DNA from: Christensenellaceae bacterium
GTDB lineage: Bacteria; Bacillota; Clostridia; Christensenellales; SZUA-584
Assembly: GCA_963674545.2 (NCBI GenBank)
Contig: CAXXFB010000001.1
Span: forward strand, 2,484,744 to 2,548,743
Reading direction: 5' to 3'
DNA: 64,000 bases
Both the position numbers and the translations under genes were made by a program. This document shows, piece by piece, positions 35,659-44,507 of this stretch. Positions within the stretch are counted from its first letter, which is position 1, and every line of letters starts with the position of its first letter. The notes under the pieces were generated by a model that worked only from the letters and a program-made list of their open reading frames with translations, did no database searches and was not told where the DNA came from.

Positions 35659-37154
35659 TGGCAATTACTAAAATCATCGTTATACGAGAACGATTGGACA
35701 AGCGTGTAAGCTATGTGCTGAATGAGGATAAGACGGGGCTTGGCAATGTGCTGGAGTATGCAATGGACAAAGATAAAATTCAAGGAGAGCAGAAATTGTA
35801 TGAGAGTGCTGTTAACTGTGATAAAGAAACAGCTTTTCAGGATATGATGCAAACCAAAAAGCATTTTGGTAAAACGGACAAAGTGCAAGGTTATCATATC
35901 ATTCAATCCTTTAAACCGGACGAGGTAACGCCGGAGTTAGCTCATCAGATCGGCGTCGAGTTTGCGCAGAAATGTTTTGGTAAATATGAAGCCGTTGTCG
36001 GAACGCACCTGGACAAAAATCATATTCATAATCATGTGGTAGCAAATTCCGTGTCTTTTATAGACGGAAGGAAATATCGCAACAATTTTAAAGACTACTA
36101 TGGGGATATTCGAGGCATATCCGATGCGCTATGCAAGGAATATGGTTTGTCCATCATAGAAGAAAATGAAGAAAAGAAATCGGTTAGCTATGTAGAATGG
36201 CTTGCCAGAAACAAAGGCAAAACGTCATGGCAGACTATTATTAGAAACGATATAGATGACTGTATAAAACAAGCCTTTAATTTTGGCAACTTCCTTATGC
36301 TGATGGAACATAAAGGCTATGAAATCAAACAAGGCAAATATTTATCACTCAAACCTATGGGAAGAGAACATTTCTCCAGAGGATATAAGCTGGGAAATGA
36401 ATATTCGTTTGTTAATATCAAAAACAGAATTGAAGGCAAAAATCTGACATTGGAGTTCAAAGATGTAGAGTACCATATGCAGAAAAAACATGAGTTTAAC
36501 CCATATCCAAAAGTGAAGCCGGGCAGCTTCGAAGCGCTGTGTTTGCATTATATGTATCTGCTTGGGCAGGTCAAGAAGAATCAGGTTCCTGATAATACAG
36601 CCAATGTTTTTAAGGAAGATTTAATTAGATTTGAGAAGATGACTAAAACATTTAATTTTGTACATGACAGAAATATTGAAACAATAGAGCAAGTGCTGAA
36701 TTATAAAGATAGATGCTATGAGAAAATCAACGGGTTACAAGCGACAAAGATAGAATTACATGCCGAGAAAGACAAACATAAACAGGCGTTCGATTTGCTT
36801 AGAAAAGTCAAGATGCTTGAGAAACCACATAGGTTGTATTTTGATGGCTATTTCGAGATGCAGGATGAACATGATGAATATCTGAAAGCAAGTAACCATC
36901 TCAAAGAAATGGGATATGGGACTGCGAAAGAGATTGAATGTTTAGAGAAAGTAAAGAGCAGTATTGAGGGTCGGTTGTCGTCAAACGATGAAGAAATACG
37001 AAGTTTTAGAAAAGAAATACGTTTATGCAATACCGCTCTTGAATTGAATAATCATATTGAAAAGAAAACTCTGGAGCTTGAAGAACAAGATAACAGCGAT
37101 GTGCAACCGAGACTGACCGTCAAAGAGATGGCGAAAAATTTATTGGAAAGGTAA
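35658..37154 (+). CDS. Relaxase / mobilisation nuclease (MobA/VirD2 family)
   Basis: Its start overlaps the mobC stop by 1 nt. The histidine triad 'HLDKNHIHNHVV' is present. Confidence 0.85.
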   Translation: MAITKIIVIRERLDKRVSYVLNEDKTGLGNVLEYAMDKDKIQGEQKLYESAVNCDKETAFQDMMQTKKHFGKTDKVQGYHIIQSFKPDEVTPELAHQIGVEFAQKCFGKYEAVVGTHLDKNHIHNHVVANSVSFIDGRKYRNNFKDYYGDIRGISDALCKEYGLSIIEENEEKKSVSYVEWLARNKGKTSWQTIIRNDIDDCIKQAFNFGNFLMLMEHKGYEIKQGKYLSLKPMGREHFSRGYKLGNEYSFVNIKNRIEGKNLTLEFKDVEYHMQKKHEFNPYPKVKPGSFEALCLHYMYLLGQVKKNQVPDNTANVFKEDLIRFEKMTKTFNFVHDRNIETIEQVLNYKDRCYEKINGLQATKIELHAEKDKHKQAFDLLRKVKMLEKPHRLYFDGYFEMQDEHDEYLKASNHLKEMGYGTAKEIECLEKVKSSIEGRLSSNDEEIRSFRKEIRLCNTALELNNHIEKKTLELEEQDNSDVQPRLTVKEMAKNLLER

Positions 37155-37161
37155 AAGAAAA

Positions 37162-37344
37162 TTGGATAAAAACTGCAATATAAAAATCAAGCAAGAAAAC
37201 ACATATGGAATCGGCAAGGATTTTATGATATCACAAATTAAAATAGGAAAAACAACATTCATTGTAGCCAGCTATTTCGAGAAAGAAAAATCGTTTATCG
37301 ATGCTATGGAGCAGGTTATAGAACACAAAATTAAAGCATCATAA
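37162..37344 (+). CDS. TnpW-like small protein
   Basis: 'KIGKTTFIVASYFEKEKSFIDAMEQVI' resembles the 'IG.TTY.V..HFS' pattern of the TnpW family. The start is uncertain (TTG at 37162 or ATG at 37225). Confidence 0.35.
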   Translation: MDKNCNIKIKQENTYGIGKDFMISQIKIGKTTFIVASYFEKEKSFIDAMEQVIEHKIKAS

Positions 37345-37429
37345 TTGGACTTGGCACGGATTGCGGAGTATACTAAGCATAGGCTGAACTACTTCGTAAT
37401 CTGCGCTGTTTTCATTAGAAAGGAACAAT

Positions 37430-39118
37430 ATGCAGAAGAATTACAAAGTAGGATTATATTTAAGACTTTCACGTGATGATAACAATTCTGAAAGTGAAAG
37501 CATGAGCATTTCAAATCAAAGGAGTATGCTCACGGACTATGTTAAAGAAAGGGGCTGGGAAGTAGAAGAGATTTATATCGACGATGGTATTTCGGGCGTT
37601 ACCTTTGACCGACCGGCATTTAACCGTTTGATAAAGGATATTGAGAAAGAACGTATCAATATGGTTATTACAAAAGACTTGTCTAGACTTGGGCGCAACT
37701 ATTTAAAGGTTGGCGAATACACGGATTATTTCTTTCCAAAGCATAAGGTCAGATATATTGCTGTAAATGATAATTATGACAACGATAAGGAAGATGATTT
37801 CGTAGCATTTCGCAATATATTCAATGAGCATTATGCCAAGGATACTTCAAAGAAGATCAAATCGGTTAAGAAGTCGCAGATGAAACAGGGATTGTTTATC
37901 GGCAGCCAGCCTGCAATGGGATACATGCGTGACCCAAATGATAAGCACAAGCTGATTGTTGACGAAGAAGCTGCTGATATCATCAGACGAATGTTTCACA
38001 GATATTCTATAGGTGATAGCGCAAGGCATATTGCGGATACGTTTAATCAAGAAGGAGTTCCGACACCGAGAGAATACTTCTTCAATCGAATCGATAAGCC
38101 GAATCCCTATACAGGCGATGCTATAACCTGGGGCAGCTCAACCATCATTCGCATGTTGGGCAATCAAGTGTATATTGGTCACATGTGCCAAGGTAAACGC
38201 CAGAAGAAATCGTTCAAGATGAAACGCAGGGATGTTATACCGCAGGATGATTGGATAGTTGTTGAGAACACACACGAGCCGATAATCGATGAGATTACCT
38301 GGAATCGTGTGCAGACTATTCTCAAACGCAACAAAAGGAGCGCTAAGCCTAGATTACGGGATGATAAGACAGTTGCTCTGTTCTCTGGTAAAGTGCGCTG
38401 TGCGGACTGTCAGGCGGTGATGACGTATACTTATTCAAAGAATACTGTGTATAAGCCATACTACAAGTATCGGTGCAGTACATACAGCAATCAGGGCAAA
38501 ACAGCCTGCAGCTATCATGCAATTTTAGATGATGAACTGAAAGCCATCGTACTCGCAGAGATTCATAAGTTTTCGAACATAGCATCAATCTATGAAGATG
38601 AATTGCTAAAAAAGCTGATTGATATTAACAGTAACATAAAGTTGAAAAACAACAGCTTTCTTGAAAAGCAGATTCGCAGGACAAACAGAGAGCTTCAGGG
38701 AATTGCGCCGAAGATTGATGTATTGATTGACCAGATGGCAAACGGTAATATTTCAGAGCAGATGTTTAAGAAGCTAATGAATCAGTATGAGCAGAAGCAG
38801 AATGATTTGTCTGAAAAGCTGGCGGAGCAAAAGGCTGAATTGTCTAGAATCAAAGACGATATAGGCAATATACAGCACTTAGTTGATTGCTTCAAAAATC
38901 GAGTATACATTAAAGACCTTGACCGAGAAACGATTGTAGAGCTAATTGACTTTATCGAAGTGTTCAAGAAAGAAAAGGTAGGAACCGAATATTTTCAGAG
39001 GGTTGATATCCATTTCAACTTTATTGGTCAGATATCAACTGAACATTTTCAAGCGTTGAAGGATTACATTCAACAGCAAGAACAAAAGGACCAAAATAAA
39101 ATGACACAGGTTGTATGA
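37430..39118 (+). CDS. Large serine recombinase (element integrase)
   Basis: 'YLRLSRDDN' Ser motif, 'TKDLSRLGRN', and Cys cluster 'CADCQAVMTY...YRCSTYSNQGKTACSYH'. It ends 50 nt from the tRNA 3' end. Confidence 0.9.
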   Translation: MQKNYKVGLYLRLSRDDNNSESESMSISNQRSMLTDYVKERGWEVEEIYIDDGISGVTFDRPAFNRLIKDIEKERINMVITKDLSRLGRNYLKVGEYTDYFFPKHKVRYIAVNDNYDNDKEDDFVAFRNIFNEHYAKDTSKKIKSVKKSQMKQGLFIGSQPAMGYMRDPNDKHKLIVDEEAADIIRRMFHRYSIGDSARHIADTFNQEGVPTPREYFFNRIDKPNPYTGDAITWGSSTIIRMLGNQVYIGHMCQGKRQKKSFKMKRRDVIPQDDWIVVENTHEPIIDEITWNRVQTILKRNKRSAKPRLRDDKTVALFSGKVRCADCQAVMTYTYSKNTVYKPYYKYRCSTYSNQGKTACSYHAILDDELKAIVLAEIHKFSNIASIYEDELLKKLIDINSNIKLKNNSFLEKQIRRTNRELQGIAPKIDVLIDQMANGNISEQMFKKLMNQYEQKQNDLSEKLAEQKAELSRIKDDIGNIQHLVDCFKNRVYIKDLDRETIVELIDFIEVFKKEKVGTEYFQRVDIHFNFIGQISTEHFQALKDYIQQQEQKDQNKMTQVV

Positions 39119-39128
39119 CCTGAAAATC

Positions 39129-39162
39129 AGAATAAAAGAAAAACGACACATTGAGTGCCGTC
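39129..39162 (-). terminator. Terminator of tRNA-Ser
   Basis: On the minus-strand RNA the stem is ACGGCAC/GTGTCGT with one G.U pair, followed by TTTTTCTTTTATT. Confidence 0.45.
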
Positions 39163-39168
39163 TGTAGG

Positions 39169-39258
39169 TGGCGGAGAGGGTGGGATTCGAACCCACGGAT
39201 GCTTGCGCATCACCGGTTTTCAAGACCGGCACTTTCAACCAGACTCGGACACCTCTCC
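39169..39258 (-). tRNA. tRNA-Ser (anticodon UGA), CCA encoded
   Basis: The reverse complement gives GGAGAGG acceptor, anticodon stem CCGGT/ACCGG with loop CTTGAAA, a long variable arm GATGC..GCATC, T-arm GTGGG-TTCGAAT-CCCAC, and the 3' end CCTCTCC-G-CCA. Confidence 0.92.
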
Positions 39259-39451
39259 AAATACATAACAAATAAAAATATAGCATTGCTAGTATAGCAA
39301 ACAGCACAATGCCAGTCAAGATAAATCAAAATTATTTGGTTAAAATCTTAGGTATATTTAACACGGAAACTACAAAAAAAACAAAAAATGTACAATACCG
39401 AAGCAAATTCTGACTATATAATGAGTTAAAAGATTGCAAGGGGATAAAATA

Positions 39452-40810
39452 ATGAACTCAAAACAACGTGTATTAAATGCTATTTATAATAAAGAGACTG
39501 ATAAAGTGCCATGGGTGCCTTTTGTAGGGTGTCACGCCGCTAAGCTTATCGGTGTTTCTGCAGAGGAGTTCTTTAAAAGTGAAGACCTCATAGTTAAAGG
39601 TGTACTTGAGGCGGACAAGCAGTACAGACCGGATGGGATACCGGCGCTGTTTGATCTTCAGATAGAAGCGGAAGCGCTTGGCTGCGGTCTTAAATGGGCA
39701 GCCGACAACCCGCCTTCTGTGTCTTCTCATGTTTTGAACGAGAGAAAAACACTGGCAGATCTTAAAATCCCCACGGAAAAGGACGGAAGATATCCGCAGG
39801 TTTTGGGTGCTATGAAGCGTATCTACAAAGAGCTGCCCGAAAAGGCTGTATATGCGCTTATAACCGGTCCGTTTACGCTGGCGCTGCATCTTAAGGGCAC
39901 CGATATTTTCTTCGCTATGTATGATGATCCCGAAGGCATGGCAGAGCTTATGAAGTTCTGTACAAAAGTTGCAAAGAAGACGATAGATATGTACGTGGAG
40001 GCAGGCTGTGATATCGTCGCCGTTGTAGACCCTATGACGTCTCAGATTTCACCCGATACATTTGCAGAGTTCGTAACGCCTTACTGTACAGATATTTTCG
40101 ACTATATCAGAAGCAAAGGCAAACCGGGCTCTTTCTTTGTATGCGGAAGCGCAAAGAATAACATTGAAGAGATGTGCCGGTGCAAGCCGGAGAATGTCTC
40201 AATAGACGAAAACATACCGCTGGAATATGTACGTGATGTATGCCGCAAGTATGGGATTTCGTTCGGCGGTAACATAAAACTTACGGTAACGATGCTGTTC
40301 GGTACTCCGGCAGACAATATACAGGATGCAGACAACTGCATGGATATCGGCGGTAACAAGGGATACATACTTGCGCCGGGCTGCGATATGCCTTTCGATA
40401 CTCCGCCGGAGAACGTTAAGGCAATAACCAGCAGAGTGCTTGGAGAGCCGCTTGATTTGATAGCGAATGAAGATGCACTTGAAGGCGTAACATGGGACAA
40501 GCCGGACTACGACGCTATAAAAGATAAGGTAACGCTGGACGTTATAACTCTTGACTCGGAATCCTGCGCACCGTGCCAGTATATGATGGATGCTGTCAAA
40601 GCCGCTACAGAAAAGTTTGGAGACAAGGTACAGTACGAAGAGCATAAAATAAAGAACAAAGAGTCTGTAGCGTGTATGCTGACATTAGGCGTAGGCAATA
40701 TACCAACGATATGCATAGAAGGCGTTGCCGAATACGTAAGCATAATACCGCCAAAAGAAGACTTGGAAAAGCTCGTTGAAGCATACCTGGTAAAAAAGGG
40801 ATTAGCTTAA
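39452..40810 (+). CDS. Uroporphyrinogen-decarboxylase-family (MtaA/CmuA-like) methyltransferase fused to a C-terminal thioredoxin-like domain
   Basis: The ATG at 39452 follows AAGGGGA. The body has a URO-D-like layout. The C-terminal ~90 aa, 'VITLDSESCAPCQYMMDAVKAA...GVGNIPTICIEGV', matches the small redox-inactive thioredoxin (Thioredoxin_3-type) pattern. Confidence 0.6.
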   Translation: MNSKQRVLNAIYNKETDKVPWVPFVGCHAAKLIGVSAEEFFKSEDLIVKGVLEADKQYRPDGIPALFDLQIEAEALGCGLKWAADNPPSVSSHVLNERKTLADLKIPTEKDGRYPQVLGAMKRIYKELPEKAVYALITGPFTLALHLKGTDIFFAMYDDPEGMAELMKFCTKVAKKTIDMYVEAGCDIVAVVDPMTSQISPDTFAEFVTPYCTDIFDYIRSKGKPGSFFVCGSAKNNIEEMCRCKPENVSIDENIPLEYVRDVCRKYGISFGGNIKLTVTMLFGTPADNIQDADNCMDIGGNKGYILAPGCDMPFDTPPENVKAITSRVLGEPLDLIANEDALEGVTWDKPDYDAIKDKVTLDVITLDSESCAPCQYMMDAVKAATEKFGDKVQYEEHKIKNKESVACMLTLGVGNIPTICIEGVAEYVSIIPPKEDLEKLVEAYLVKKGLA

Positions 40811-40884
40811 GCTAGCTAATCCTTTCCATAATTCTTGTTTGATGTTAGAATAATCATAATATCAAATAAGAAAAGGTGTGCAGG

Positions 40885-42108
40885 ATGAGAGAGCTTGATA
40901 CGGCGCTTCTTCAGACGTTCGAAAAAGCTGTCGGTATAAACTGCTTTGTTGTAGATGTAAAGAATCCGGGTTGTGTTCCATGCTCCGGCTACTGTTTTTG
41001 TACAGAGTGTCATAATAAACAGATTAAACAGTTTGAGCGTGCGAAGTGTGACAGTTTGATGGAGTATGCGACATATCAGTCGGTGCGCTGGGGAGGCAAA
41101 TACGAGTTTCTATGCCCGGCAGGGGCTGCATTTATTGCGGCATCTGTGCTGGACGGAGGCATTGTAAAATACGGACTGGTGGCAGGGCCGTTTACCATGG
41201 TGCCTATAGAAGACTACCTGGACGATGAGTTTTCGGGGCTCTTTTCCGGCGATACCAAAGCGATCGTAAAGTGTGCCAAGCAGCTCCCTTACATTGAACC
41301 GCACAGGGTTTCATCGCTGGCGGACATGCTGCTGATGGTAGTAGCGTTTTCACGCCATATGGACAGCGAAGATATCAGACTGGCCGAGCAGACCAGCGCA
41401 AGATATAACGAGATTTTTTCTGCAATGCAGAATATGAAGCAGGCGGACGATAACTGTGAATATCCTATAGATACTGAAAAGAAGCTGCAGCGCTATATAA
41501 CTTCCGGAGATAAAAAAAGTGCGCAGCGGGCTCTGAACGAGATATTGGGAGCAATATTCTTCGCATCGGGGGCAGATTTTGAAGCAATCAAAGCAAGGGT
41601 TACAGAGCTTTTGGTACTTCTCTCCCGAGCAGCTATCGAAGGCGGAGCGGAACCAAGCAGGATATTTGGGCTCAACAGGGACTATCTTAGCGAGATAAGC
41701 AGCTTTGAGAATGTTGAGGACTTAAGCAACTGGCTTGCCAGCATGCTCTCGAGTTTTACCGGCCTTGTGTTTGCGGCTCCGGATGCCAAACACACAGAGA
41801 CGATTCAAAAGGTCATGGAATACGTCAACAACAACTATATGAACCGTATCACTCTAAACGACGTTTCCGAGCATGTGTCCTTCAGCGTTTCGTACTTAAG
41901 CCGGATGTTCAAGGAAGAAAAAGGCATCAGCCTTACTTCATATATAAACGAAGTGCGTATACGAGCCGCAAAGATGCTTATAAAGCAGAGCGATATATCA
42001 TTGTCGCAGGCGGCATATTTGTGCGGGTTTGACGACCAGAGCTATTTTAGCAAGGTATTTAAAAGAATAACAGGCACTACGCCGGGTAAATACCGGGAAC
42101 AAAAATAA
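40885..42108 (+). CDS. AraC-family regulator with N-terminal PocR-type sensor domain
   Basis: Cys-rich N-terminus ('CSGYCFCTEC', 'FLCPAG') and a C-terminal AraC double HTH ('SYLSRMFKEEKG...GFDDQSYFSKVFKRITGTTPGKY'). Confidence 0.75.
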   Translation: MRELDTALLQTFEKAVGINCFVVDVKNPGCVPCSGYCFCTECHNKQIKQFERAKCDSLMEYATYQSVRWGGKYEFLCPAGAAFIAASVLDGGIVKYGLVAGPFTMVPIEDYLDDEFSGLFSGDTKAIVKCAKQLPYIEPHRVSSLADMLLMVVAFSRHMDSEDIRLAEQTSARYNEIFSAMQNMKQADDNCEYPIDTEKKLQRYITSGDKKSAQRALNEILGAIFFASGADFEAIKARVTELLVLLSRAAIEGGAEPSRIFGLNRDYLSEISSFENVEDLSNWLASMLSSFTGLVFAAPDAKHTETIQKVMEYVNNNYMNRITLNDVSEHVSFSVSYLSRMFKEEKGISLTSYINEVRIRAAKMLIKQSDISLSQAAYLCGFDDQSYFSKVFKRITGTTPGKYREQK

Positions 42109-42145
42109 AAAGTTTAAATAAATAATAACAATAAGGAGTAACAAA

Positions 42146-42778
42146 ATGAGTATTTTTGAAGAAATGAGTTCTTTTCTGCAACAGGGAAGGGCGCCAAAAG
42201 TCAAAGAGCTGGTTGAAAAGGCTCTGAATGACGGTGAAGATGCAAAGAAGATACTGGAGGAAGGCCTTCTTTCCGGTATGTCAGTCATCGGCGAAAAGTT
42301 CAAGAACAACGAAGTTTATGTGCCGGAAGTTCTCATTGCTGCAAGAGCTATGAACGCAGGTATGGACGTTCTTAAACCTGCACTTGCTTCAACAGACAAC
42401 AAAGCAAAAGGCAAAGCCGTTATGGGTACAGTCAAGGGAGACCTTCACGACATCGGCAAGAACCTTGTTAAGATCATGTTTGAAGGCAAGGGCATAGAGG
42501 TTATTGATCTTGGTACAGACGTTTCTGCTGAAAAGTTCGTTCAGACAGCCATAGACGAAGGAGCAGGAATAATAGCATGCAGCGCACTTCTTACTACTAC
42601 TATGGGAGTTATGAAAGACGTTGTAGAAAAAGCGAAAGAAATGGGCGTGCGTGACAAGATAAGCATCATGGTCGGCGGCGCTCCGGTAACAGAGAACTTC
42701 AAAGACTCAATTGGTGCAGACTACTATACAGCGGATGCAGCAAGCGCTTCAGACGTTGCGCTTTCACTCTGCAGCTGA
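42146..42778 (+). CDS. Corrinoid (B12-binding) protein of a methyltransferase system
   Basis: B12-binding 'DLHDIGKN' (DxHxxG) motif and an N-terminal helical cap. Confidence 0.85.
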   Translation: MSIFEEMSSFLQQGRAPKVKELVEKALNDGEDAKKILEEGLLSGMSVIGEKFKNNEVYVPEVLIAARAMNAGMDVLKPALASTDNKAKGKAVMGTVKGDLHDIGKNLVKIMFEGKGIEVIDLGTDVSAEKFVQTAIDEGAGIIACSALLTTTMGVMKDVVEKAKEMGVRDKISIMVGGAPVTENFKDSIGADYYTADAASASDVALSLCS

Positions 42779-42793
42779 TTTAAGCTAAAAAAG

Positions 42794-42832
42794 AAAAGCA
42801 GCTTTGCTTTTAAATAAGGCAGGGCTGCTTTT
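42794..42832. terminator. Bidirectional terminator
   Basis: AAAAGCAGC...GCTGCTTTT between convergent genes. Confidence 0.6.
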
Positions 42833-42855
42833 GATTACCTAAAATCCTATAATCA

Positions 42856-43341
42856 TCAGAAATCAAACATCTGCTCTGCAAGCTGCCTGCCTGCATCAGT
42901 TTTAAAATATTTATTATACGCAGCTGTGAAAGCGTTTTTGCTAAAATCGTTTTCAGCGTAGTTAACTATAAAATCTGCCTCTATCAATATGCGGTAATCG
43001 ATGCCTTCGATATTCGTGTAAGTGTGGTGATGCGCAATAAGGAAAAGTACACGCTTTTTTGTCTCTTCTGCAATATCATATTTGTCCATTATTTCCTGTG
43101 CAATTGCCGGGCCGTACTGCTCCTGCATCTTTCCGCTGCATGTCCCGAAAGTCTGCTCGCAATGGCGTATGCCGATGTCGTGCAAGACGGCAGCGATCTC
43201 AAGAGTCTGCAGCTCTGAAGGGCCAAGGGCTTCCTGCTCTGCTATGCTTTTGGCAATACCAAATACTTTTAGAGCATGGTCTATTCTTTTTGTATCCTGT
43301 CCGTTTATTTTTATCATTTCGTTTATTATTTTACCGGTCAT
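42856..43341 (-). CDS. HD-domain phosphohydrolase
   Basis: Start at 'MTGKII', with GGAGA 5-6 nt upstream; 43353 is an alternative start. Motifs 'HALKV', 'LHDIG' and 'AHHH'. Confidence 0.75.
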   Translation of the reverse strand: MTGKIINEMIKINGQDTKRIDHALKVFGIAKSIAEQEALGPSELQTLEIAAVLHDIGIRHCEQTFGTCSGKMQEQYGPAIAQEIMDKYDIAEETKKRVLFLIAHHHTYTNIEGIDYRILIEADFIVNYAENDFSKNAFTAAYNKYFKTDAGRQLAEQMFDF

Positions 43342-43484
43342 ATTTTTCTCCATATTTTTATAGCTTATTATAACATATAGTGATGCTTCAAAGTTGAAAT
43401 GCATTTGCCTGCATTGTATAATGTAAAAACAGGGGAAGCAGCGCTTCCGTTAAGCACTTATATTTTTATATTTGGAGATCATAA

Positions 43485-44507
43485 ATGAATAAATTAACAA
43501 GGCGTCTTAAAGAGAAGCTTTTTTGCCGCATTCTTGACAAGAGGAAGAAAGCGCAGCCGTTCGATGCGCTAAGTGCAGAGCTTTTTCAAACACCTCCCGA
43601 TGCAGATGAATTTTTTAACAACAGCTATTATTTTTCCTGCCACGATATGGCCGGGAACAGTCTTTTGCTGCGCCACGGGCAGAGAGGTACGGACTCAACG
43701 GAAGTCTGGCTCGCATACAAGGACGCGGCCGGCAATTCCTATATAAACGAAAAACAGCTTTTCAAAAACGAAGAGCCATCTTCTTTCGTTAAGTGTATAG
43801 AACCGGAAAAAACATGGGAGTTTTCGTTTTCCGGGAAGCTTACCAACATGCAGACAGGAAAAGAAGCGGATGCTGTCATAAAGGGGCAGTTCAGTGCAAC
43901 GGACGAAATATTTGAGTTCGGGCACCATCTTGACTCAAGCGTGATGGCAAAGGCGATAGCCAGGGAGAAGTGGAGCCGAGAGTTCTTCAGCGCTCTCAAC
44001 GAAAACAATCAGGTGCATTACGAACAGCCGGGAAAAGCCATCCTTTCGGTATCCATAGATTCAAAAAACAGTGAGCTTGCTATGCCGGCGATGCGTGACC
44101 ACTCTTTCGGCAAGCGTGACTGGAAGTATATGAACAAACATTTTTGGCTGATGGGGCTGTTTGAAGACGGCAGCCATTTAAACGCAAACATGGTAAGCTA
44201 CCCTGCTGTCAATCGTCTGGAGACAGGCTATTACGTTACCGATGAAATCGTATGTGTGCAGGAAGCTAAGCTGGGCGGAGATATGCCGTCGTCCGGCGTG
44301 CCCGAGCAGTTCACATACAGCGCAACGCTGCTGGGCGGGAAAGAGCTTAAAGTAAGCTGCAGGCGTGAGCTCGTTTTCGAGTTTCATTTCGGAGGCTATA
44401 CTGTCTATGAAGGAATAGGAACTTTCGAGATGGACGGCAAGAAGGGCAGAGGTATATTGGAGTTTGGCTACAACGACGACCCTGAAAGGGCGGAGGGCAG
44501 GCAATGA
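43485..44507 (+). CDS. Hypothetical protein (340 aa) translationally coupled to the downstream PEP-utilising enzyme
   Basis: GGAG RBS. The 'RDHSFGKRDWKY' motif is reminiscent of AttH/CrtC-like beta-sandwich families (weak impression). Confidence 0.5.
   Translation: MNKLTRRLKEKLFCRILDKRKKAQPFDALSAELFQTPPDADEFFNNSYYFSCHDMAGNSLLLRHGQRGTDSTEVWLAYKDAAGNSYINEKQLFKNEEPSSFVKCIEPEKTWEFSFSGKLTNMQTGKEADAVIKGQFSATDEIFEFGHHLDSSVMAKAIAREKWSREFFSALNENNQVHYEQPGKAILSVSIDSKNSELAMPAMRDHSFGKRDWKYMNKHFWLMGLFEDGSHLNANMVSYPAVNRLETGYYVTDEIVCVQEAKLGGDMPSSGVPEQFTYSATLLGGKELKVSCRRELVFEFHFGGYTVYEGIGTFEMDGKKGRGILEFGYNDDPERAEGRQ

Larger units (their letters stand above)
23399..39168. mobile_element. Integrative mobilisable element (~15.8 kb) with defence-gene cargo, next to tRNA-Ser
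   Basis: It is bounded by the 10-bp direct repeat. It contains TnpV-like, XRE, RHH, MobC, relaxase, TnpW-like and large serine recombinase genes but no conjugation machinery. Confidence 0.55.

Noticed and set aside
39259-39451. Cobalamin riboswitch upstream of the corrinoid methyltransferase genes (also checked 42109-42145).
   Set aside because: The region is AT-rich, with no recognisable B12-box-like conserved core or multi-helix junction visible by eye. A covariance-model scan is needed to be sure.
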